DNA of 60,574 bases, filler included, from Sphacelaria rigidula (lineage: Eukaryota): the NCBI GenBank assembly GCA_964200075.2. It is 9 parts of 9 records of this genome, joined end to end, with 100 filler letters (N's around TTAATTAATTAA, not from the genome) between each part and the next. Parts side by side here need not be neighbours in the genome. Positions count along the whole stretch, not along the records: positions 47,193 to 53,833 come from CAXNAA020018883.1; positions 53,934 to 60,574 come from CAXNAA020018884.1; 7 more parts are not named here. One strand, given 5' to 3'. Positions 53,270-60,574 of the stretch are shown piece by piece. How positions within the stretch are numbered: position 1 is the stretch's first letter; each line of letters opens with the position of its first letter. The notes beneath the pieces are model-generated. The model was not told the DNA's origin. It made no database searches and worked only from the letters and a program-made list of their open reading frames with translations. The position numbers were made by a program, and so were the translations under genes.

Positions 53270-53741
53270 TGGGAACAGGTGGGAGAAAATCTGCATGGTA
53301 CCCCCTTTCGCGTCGGCGCCATAAACTGCGTCAAGCATCGGGCATTGTGCCGCTCTCTCAAGGTAGATCGATACCCGACTCTGCTGGCCGTTAACTGGCC
53401 TGGGGCACCGTCAGGAGAGGCGGGGATCCCGGCGCCCAAGCCCATCTCAAAGGCAGGCGAGGTGGTGGATATCGTACACCAAATAAAGACGGGTTTAGGC
53501 GAGGGTGATCAGAAGGATGTGGATGTTGAGTTGCCACCGGAAGGGGAGGAGCAAAGAGTTGCTCCGGTAGAGGTTGGTCCTCCTATTGTTCCCGCTGTTC
53601 CCGCTGTTCCCGCACCTGCTGCTGATATGAGTGATTATGGCACCGAATGCCCGCTGAGGATAGAGGACGCGGTGGCGAGCGTACGATGGGTCTTGACCCA
53701 TGAAACAATGGTTCAAGATTATCTCGAGGAGGACCGATGGA
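53270..53741 (+). CDS. Exon 2 of the QSOX-like protein
   Basis: Acceptor TTTCGCAG; WEQVG...VGAINCVKHRALCRSLKVDRYPTL completes the thioredoxin fold in phase with exon 1; RIEDAVASVRWVLTHE resembles the QSOX helix-rich region; donor GTAAGT. Confidence 0.82.
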
Positions 53742-55451
53742 GTAAGTGTGGAGACCTGACGTTCAAGAATTTTGTTTGGTTGTTTCGCCCCCTTGTGTGT
53801 TTGCCATGATGTTAGACGGGGAATTATCGCAATNNNNNNNNNNNNNNNNNNNNNNNNNNNNNNNNNNNNNNNNNNNNTTAATTAATTAANNNNNNNNNNN
53901 NNNNNNNNNNNNNNNNNNNNNNNNNNNNNNNNNCATTGACCGCCTTTCACTCTCAATCGTATCCTCTACTCTCAATCTCACGAAAACGTTGTTATCCCTG
54001 GAAATTTTCATCACATCATCGTTTTTTTACTGAAAACCCGTGTTTGGCCTTATTTGGCCAAAAGCAAAAGTGCGGCCAGCGGGAAATGCAGAGTTGCCCT
54101 AGAACGGTCTCAACGAGTAGAGCAAGTCATTCCAAGGCGTCAACATCCGCCTAGCACTCTTTTCGGGCGCAAACCGACGGAGAAGGGCCCAAAAGGCAGT
54201 TTCGACAGAAAATTTTGAACGGCTCACATTAGAGTTGGCCTAAGATACAAAGAAGGAAATGTTCAATTGTACAGGGATTGTAAAATTCGGCGCCACGGTT
54301 GTTGTACAGGCAATCAGTGGAGCAACGCAAGCTATGTCCAGGCTCGTTTAACGTACTGCCGACTACGCCGCTTGAAAGCTACTCTCGGGCAAGACCTTTG
54401 CGGTCGGCGTTCGACGACGTGGGTCACGAATACACCGGCAAGTAGTTGATCATACTCGTAGAACACCCTCGTTTATGGATAAAACACATCTCGCCCCAGT
54501 TTGTTATGGCCTCCTCACACAGGATTTTTCGAAAGACACATACCCATGCACATACTGTACCCTGCTGAGCACGCGACCGGTTGTGCATCAGAAAAATCTC
54601 AGATTACAGGATGGCAGCCCCCGTATGGGTCACGCCAGCAACAGGTTGGTCACCCCCGGAGATATCTTTTTCACTCCGCATGCCTAGAAGGTCTCCACGA
54701 GTGTTTGATCTCTCATCCATCCCCCCAAGTTGGGTGTGGCAAACTCTTGTCCTTGTTGTGCACACACGGGAGCAGAGGTCGGGTAAAATCAACGATGACA
54801 ATAACGCCCCCCAAGTTGCGATTGGATTATTGCCGCGACAGCGTCCTTACTGCCATGCGTGTGTGAGAGAGAACGGTAGCGGTGACGGGAACGTCGCCTT
54901 GCTTTTCGACGACGTGTTCTGCAAACGCACAGAGGTGCGTCCTGTCCAAAAAGCGAGGCAGAGAGGAATCGATCGTTGCATTGGTCAGCGCCACAGTCAA
55001 GAGACGGTAACCCTCGGCATCCCGATCTTGGGGGGACTGTGCGGCAATAACTCGCCTGCCAGCACATGGAGAATTGGGTATGTGCTGGTAACATGATACC
55101 GATTCTTCCAGCGATTGGGAATCGCCGAACGAGGACACACAAAGGACACCGGCGAGGAGCTTCCTCTCCGCCGTTGTCGCTCCTCCGGTGGTGTTGTCAT
55201 TGGCAAGCGTGCACACCCCATTCATTTGGTGCACCTAGCCACATCTGCTTCACTGCGACATATTCTTTTTTCGCGAAGGCGCTTTCCCTTGGCGTAGCTA
55301 TTTCGCGCAAAAACTGGGTTTTGGGTTTCGCCGGTTGAACCTCATTTTAGTGTTCAATCCCAATTTCGAGGATCCTCTGTTCTCTCAGTATAGCCATCGT
55401 TTCCTCGCTAATGTGCAATGTATCAAACGATTTCATGCGACCTCTGTTTGG

Positions 55452-55796
55452 ATTTGTTTTGGTTGATCGATTGATTGATTGATGGATTGTCGCACTTTCA
55501 CTGATCCCCCCAGGGGTCATGATCCAGCCGTGGTCACATGATAGACGTATCTGACGGAGACAAAACAAAACCGAAACACTTGCTGACGAAAAAAAAAGGG
55601 GAAAAAAAGTCGAACAGAACGACAAAGCAGCCTAAGACGTAAATCAAAAGAAGAATGAAAGTCAAGAAAAGGAGACACAGGAAGAAATGGCCGGTCTGAA
55701 AATAAAAGGGGGACAAAGCCCAAGGGATTCAGGTCAGCAGAGTAGATACAGACACGCACTAGTGGGGACCGCGAAGCCACCGACTAAGGACATAAT
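55452..55796 (-). mobile_element. ~345-bp insertion with (TCAA)n tail interrupting the LINE C-terminus
   Basis: LINE-like reading ...MRKVN stops near 55800 and resumes as RGRMKSFDTL near 55450; the insert ends in ATCAATCAATCAATC; boundaries approximate. Confidence 0.5.
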
Positions 55797-55851
55797 CAAC
55801 AACCGTTTACTTTCCGCATTCCCCCCTCCAACACGTCCCGTTTCTCCTTGT

Positions 55852-56703
55852 TGTGGCGATTTACAGGCAACCGATTAGGCTACCGTACAGTCAGCGCTGA
55901 CTGTACGGTAGCCTAATCGGTTGCCTGTAAATCACCACAACAGTTAGTCGCTGGTTCGATTCCCGTCGGACGCACTTCCTTTGAAGAAAAAGAGGAAAAC
56001 CCTACCTCCAGTAAAGAGGAGGGTGAAGGGGGAGAGTCCAATCCCCGAGTTGACTGCTAGGGACCCCAGTGCACACATTCTGGGAATGAGTGGGGGAGAC
56101 GAGTAACTCCGAATGCATACGTGTGTCAACATTAGACCGGTACCGCGAGCGCGAACAGTTGAAGAGCGGTGGCAAGGGGAGTCGCCCTCCTCGGAGTGAA
56201 AGCGACGGATATCGAATGGCCACGACTAACTTTTGTGACGATTTATAGGCAATCGATTAGACTACCGTACAGTCAGCGCTGACCGTACGGTAGCCTAATC
56301 GGTTGCCTGTGAATCGTCACAAAAGTTAGCCGCTGGTTCGATTCTCGTCGGACGCACTTTCTTTGAAGAAAAAGAGGAAAACCCTACCTCCGGTGAAGAA
56401 GAGGGTGAAGGGGGAGAGTTCAATCCACGAGTTGACTGCTATGGACCCCAGTGTACACACTCTGGGAATTAGTGGGGGAGATGAGTAACTCCGAATGCAT
56501 ACGTGTGTCAACATTAGACCGATACCGTGAGCGCGAGCAGTTGAACAGCGCTGGCAAGGGCAGTCGCCCTCCTCGGAGTGAAAGCGACGGGGATCGAACG
56601 GCCACGACTAACTTTTGTGACGATTTATAGGCAATCGATTAGGCTACCGTACAGTCAGCGCTGACTGTACGGTAGTCTAATCGGTTGCCTATAAATCGTC
56701 ACA
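55852..56703 (+). mobile_element. Tandem non-autonomous element: three 88-bp palindromic terminal repeats (55852-55939, 56234-56321, 56616-56703) and two 294-bp bodies
   Basis: 382-bp period; TGT...ACA termini; loop-less palindromes centred on AGCGCT; flanks TTGT/TTGC whose collapse restores the LINE frame (ELHKEKRDVLEG). Confidence 0.9.
55909..55963 (+). promoter_or_regulatory. Pol III type-2 internal promoter (A box + B box)
   Basis: TAGCCTAATCGG (55909-55920) fits TRGCNNARYNGG; GGTTCGATTCC (55953-55963) is a canonical B box; repeated at ~56291-56345. Confidence 0.7.
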
Positions 56704-59700
56704 TTGCGCAGTTCCCATTCTGCCACTTTATGAGTTCTACTCTCCATTGCTTTGCCACAGGGGCACTTCTATGCATCTACTTCCCCCTCCTTTCGACTAC
56801 TGGTGTATCCCCTTCTTCCTGGCAGGTCCAGTGCTCCCACCCAAAATCACAGTTTCATATTTTTCGCCGAGTCTATTGGGCCATGCAGATACATTTTTAT
56901 CCCTATCCCCTCTCAAAACCCCCCGTATATCTTCGGGTGTTCTTCCGCGTCCACTTTCCGTCTTAGCGCTTCTTGTCCCTTGTTTCTATCATGTTTCTTA
57001 ATTCTGTCTTGTAGCTGCCACATTCACCTGTGGACATCTTCTCGTCTTGGTGTTGACCCATGTCCTTCCATACTTTCTCCATGTCTCAATCCCACCTTAT
57101 TCCAGTCTGCCCTTTCGTCACTTTCTTCCGTACGGCCCTTTCAACTATGGCTGGCAATTTCGTTTTTGACATTCTCCTTGCGGTACATTTCCATTTCAAT
57201 TTTTCATGTCTATGTTCTAAGTGCGTACAACCCCAACTCCGCTATCAATGCGGTATTGCTCGTCATTTTTGAACATCCTAGTATTTTCTTAGCTGCTGTC
57301 ATGTGTAATGTTTCTGGCTTCTTCGCCGACTTCGTGTTCCCCTCCCATACTTCTCCTGCAGATGCCAGCTTTCGGTACAATCACATTTATCGGAATACAT
57401 CTCCCTAACACTTGTATCTAGGTGCGAATCGCGTAGGATCACTTTCATCTTGCCTCTGTGTCTTACCCTTTTCCTTTACTTTATTTTTGTGTGTACCCCA
57501 AAAATAGTTTCTTTAGATCTCTACGCCAAATTATGTACGCTGGTCTACGATCGGCAGTTCCTCTTCTCCCCTCTTCCATTCGAAATCTACGGGGTTTCCC
57601 TTGTCTTCGTCACATACAAGTACCGCGCGTTTGTCTTCAATCGCTGCCACTCTTCGTTCCTTAGTGTGTTTCAGGGCCTTCTCTATTTGCTTCTATAACC
57701 CTCCTGGTGCTTCTGAAATCCCCACAAAATCATCCGCGAAAGTCAATTCCGATACCGTATTTTCCACACCTTGACTCCTTGATTTGCTGCTTCTATTGCT
57801 ATTATCAGGTCATCAATGAATAATTTGAATGCAGTGGATGGTTATGTACATCCTGGTGTTTCTCCTGGGGAAATATAAAAATATTTCGATATTTTCCCGT
57901 CTAGTATCATAGCACAGTTTGAGTATATCTGTCGTCTACTTCACCACTCTCCACATTTCCCCTCCGATCCCAGTTTCTCACAACTTTTTCCACAGCCCAT
58001 TTCTCCTTACTGCCATAGCCCTTTTGTACGTCCAGAAAGAAACAGTACGTTGTCAGCCCGGCGTCTTTCCTACCTTAAACAAATTTACCTCATGTGTGGA
58101 CATGGTCTACGCAACTACAGTTTGGCCTAAAATGTGCCTGCCCCTCGCTCCTTCTCTCCGCCTCTTGGGTGTGTACTCGTTTTCCCAGATCCAGTTATGC
58201 AGCATAACCATAATCTTAATCATTCCCTTTTCCCGTAATTCAGACATTCGTTCACCATGTCGTCTGCCCCTCATGCCTTCCTGATCTTGGGTTTAGCTCT
58301 ACACTCCTTTATTTCATCTCTGGTAAACGCTCTCCGCTATTCTTCGAAGCCACTATCCTCCCGTTTTGATGCCCCTACATTTGACTCTGCCCACGCATTG
58401 ATTTCTTTCTCAAACCTCGTGTCGAACATCTCGTTAGTTTTTGGTGTTCCTAGTTCACGATATTGCTCCACTAGTACTGCTCTCGTCCCCCTCGAAATAC
58501 TAACCAATTTACCGCTCTTTGCCCGTAGTGTGGCTATCCCCTTGTCTACCTTTCCTGCCCGGTTTCTCATTGACCCTATTTTATCCCTACCCGCATTTGC
58601 TTTGTCCCACCATCGAAATATTCATTTGCTTTATTCACTACATCTTTCCGTCTTCTCTTTTTTTCTTCTCTGCCTTCTTTTGTACTTCATTTCGAGCTTT
58701 AACATGCTCCTCCCATCCTACCGTAGTTTTAGTCGAAATATATCTTACGTGTGCCTCTCTTCTTACTCTTACGACCTCTTTCTGCCTCCTCATCCCACCA
58801 TTTTATTGCTCTGTTGCATACGATCAGTTTCTTTCGGATGACCTTGCTCGCTTTGGTCTTGACCAACTGCTCGCATCCTTCTCTATTCTTCGCTCTTGTT
58901 CGATCTAATTCCATTTCGGGGTGAACTGTACCTACGCTTTCCAACAACTCGCAACATTTGACCGAAGTTTTGGTCATATCTTCTTGGATCCCTTCCCGTA
59001 TTTCTTGTATTTCTAGCTCATCTATTCTCCATTTGTACAACTTCCTACCCCGCTTATTTATTTTCTTTAGCTCTCGTCTGTTGGCTGTCTGTTCACAGTA
59101 GGCAATGATCTGTGCTTCCCACGCCTTCTGCGCATACATGTACTTCCATATCCTTGTGATTTCCGTACTCTACTCCTGCATAGTCAACAATGAAATTTTC
59201 TGTCTTTTTTCTTTGCACTGTCTAGTCCATGCATATTGCGTCTTTGGCTTTAGTGTTCAATTGTTCAGCGTCTTCTCCCTATTTTCAAGGAACTTCAGCA
59301 TCTCTACCCCATTTGTGTTCTTCATCTCTTCTCCGTATTGCCCAACGATACCATCCGGTCGACTTGCATTTCCAATCCTTGCATTAAATTTTCCCACGGA
59401 CATCACTTCTCCTCGCCTTCCGTACGTTTGTACCTTTGGTGCTATCTCTCCAAACCTCCTCTGCACATTGTTTACCGTGCTCTTCGGTTCTTGGGGCATA
59501 AAGATGTTTCCTAATAGACAGCATTTCGTTCCCCGCTCTCCTGATATCCTTATCCGTATGCTCTCGTCAAATTTGGAGTCTGCCATCACTTCTATGATAC
59601 CATACAGGTATTCCTTATCTAAGAATCCTACTCCCCCCGCTCCCCTGTTCTTGGGATTCTGTCCCTTCCGCTTTTCCCCGATCCATGTGTACTCTCTAAC

Positions 59701-60509
59701 TTTGCATCCTGTTTCCACTCCCTCTTTCTCCTATGATGCTTGGATTCCCACTATATCTAGGTCGCGCTCGCTTATTTGTTCGGCTATCTCCATTCTTTTG
59801 CGCTTGTATAAGACGAATCCACACATGTTCCACGATCTTATTCTCAAGTTCCTTTTCAAATCATGATGCAGCCCACTCTCCTCTCTCCACCGTTTTTACT
59901 TCTATTTTCCCTTGCTTGATTTTTCTTCCCGTTTCCGGTTTGGTCTTTGTTTGCTTCGGGTCGATATTTCCCCTTCCCTTCCCCTTCCGGGCATTTCCCT
60001 GTTCCTGCTTCTCCTTTCCTCTATTGACCCGCGGACTACGCCTCAGGTTTGTTGTTCCATGGGCTATGCATACTCTCCATCCTACCCTTCCAACCCGTGC
60101 CGACACCTTACTTGCCTCTATTATTTCCCGCTCCTTGCTCGCGCTCTGTTTCAGCGTGACTAGAAAGTGTTCCTCCTCTCTTTCTACTTTTCCTCTTGCC
60201 AACCAGTATATTCCTACTTCATTGCATTCGTATTGATTCCGAATACCAGCACTACTAGTACTTTAACCGCCCACTCTTTACTTTACTCTCTCCATCCATC
60301 GTTCCTCACCGTCTCTCTCTCTCTCTCGATCTCTTTCGAGAGTATCTTCCGCTTGTTCATTTTAAGTATTGTCGTGGGATGTAGTCAACGTACTGAGATA
60401 TCCCAATCCTAGTACGTGTCGGGGGTCTAGTGAGGAGAGGGGGGCGTACTCATCTGTTGCTTGCCTTAGTCGTTTGACCATTGACCAAATGGAGAGAGGG
60501 CGCGCGCGT

Positions 60510-60574
60510 GGGGGGGGGAGTATACTCATGGTCATGCATACCATAGTCATCAGACCACTGACCTCGCATCCCTA
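60510..60574 (-). repeat. 3' portion of the poly-C-tailed module, upstream of the LINE ORF, cut by window end
   Basis: TAGGGATGCGAGGTCAGTGGTCTGATGACTATGGTATGCATGACCATGAGTATACTCCCCCCCC on the minus strand. Confidence 0.8.

Larger units (their letters stand above)
55365..60360 (-). mobile_element. Degenerate non-LTR retrotransposon (LINE; APE endonuclease + RT)
   Basis: NLRIRSWNMCG, DLDIVGIQ, GAGGVGFL and VGKFNARIG (APE); NGLWKKL, FKLFIDDL and LTFADDFVG (RT, ~57730-57745); C-terminal CPCG...ESRTH; many stops and frameshifts. Confidence 0.93.

Noticed and set aside
55852..56703. CRISPR array or protelomerase/hairpin-telomere junctions
   Set aside because: The 'spacers' are near-identical 294-bp direct copies. 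Hairpin-telomere replication would invert adjacent bodies, and the TG...CA ends with a TSD point to integrase-type insertion.
56752..59866. Hydrophobic plus-strand ORFs (218, 194 and 253 aa)
   Set aside because: These are antisense shadows of the A-rich LINE ORF.

Overview
Repeat-rich eukaryotic DNA, probably a brown alga or other stramenopile (inferred from intron style and repeat content, not proven). The window is artificial. It joins nine length-sorted contigs (five of 6642 bp, four of 6641 bp) with 100-bp N44-TTAATTAATTAA-N44 linkers, so there is no synteny across linkers. Recognisable content: a decayed DIRS/Ngaro-type retrotransposon (contig 1), a decayed APE-RT LINE (contig 9), exons of EDRF1-like, RSL1D1-like and QSOX-like genes, tRNA-derived SINEs, MITEs and microsatellites. 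The most unusual object is an 852-bp insertion in the LINE (55852-56703). It consists of three 88-bp loop-less palindromic TG...CA repeats separated by two 294-bp bodies, with a probable 4-bp target-site duplication. It carries a tRNA-type Pol III A/B-box promoter, and the predicted transcript 3' end is complementary to the primer-binding-site position. This suggests a Pol III-transcribed, possibly self-priming TRIM-like element with palindromic LTRs; the mechanism is inference.
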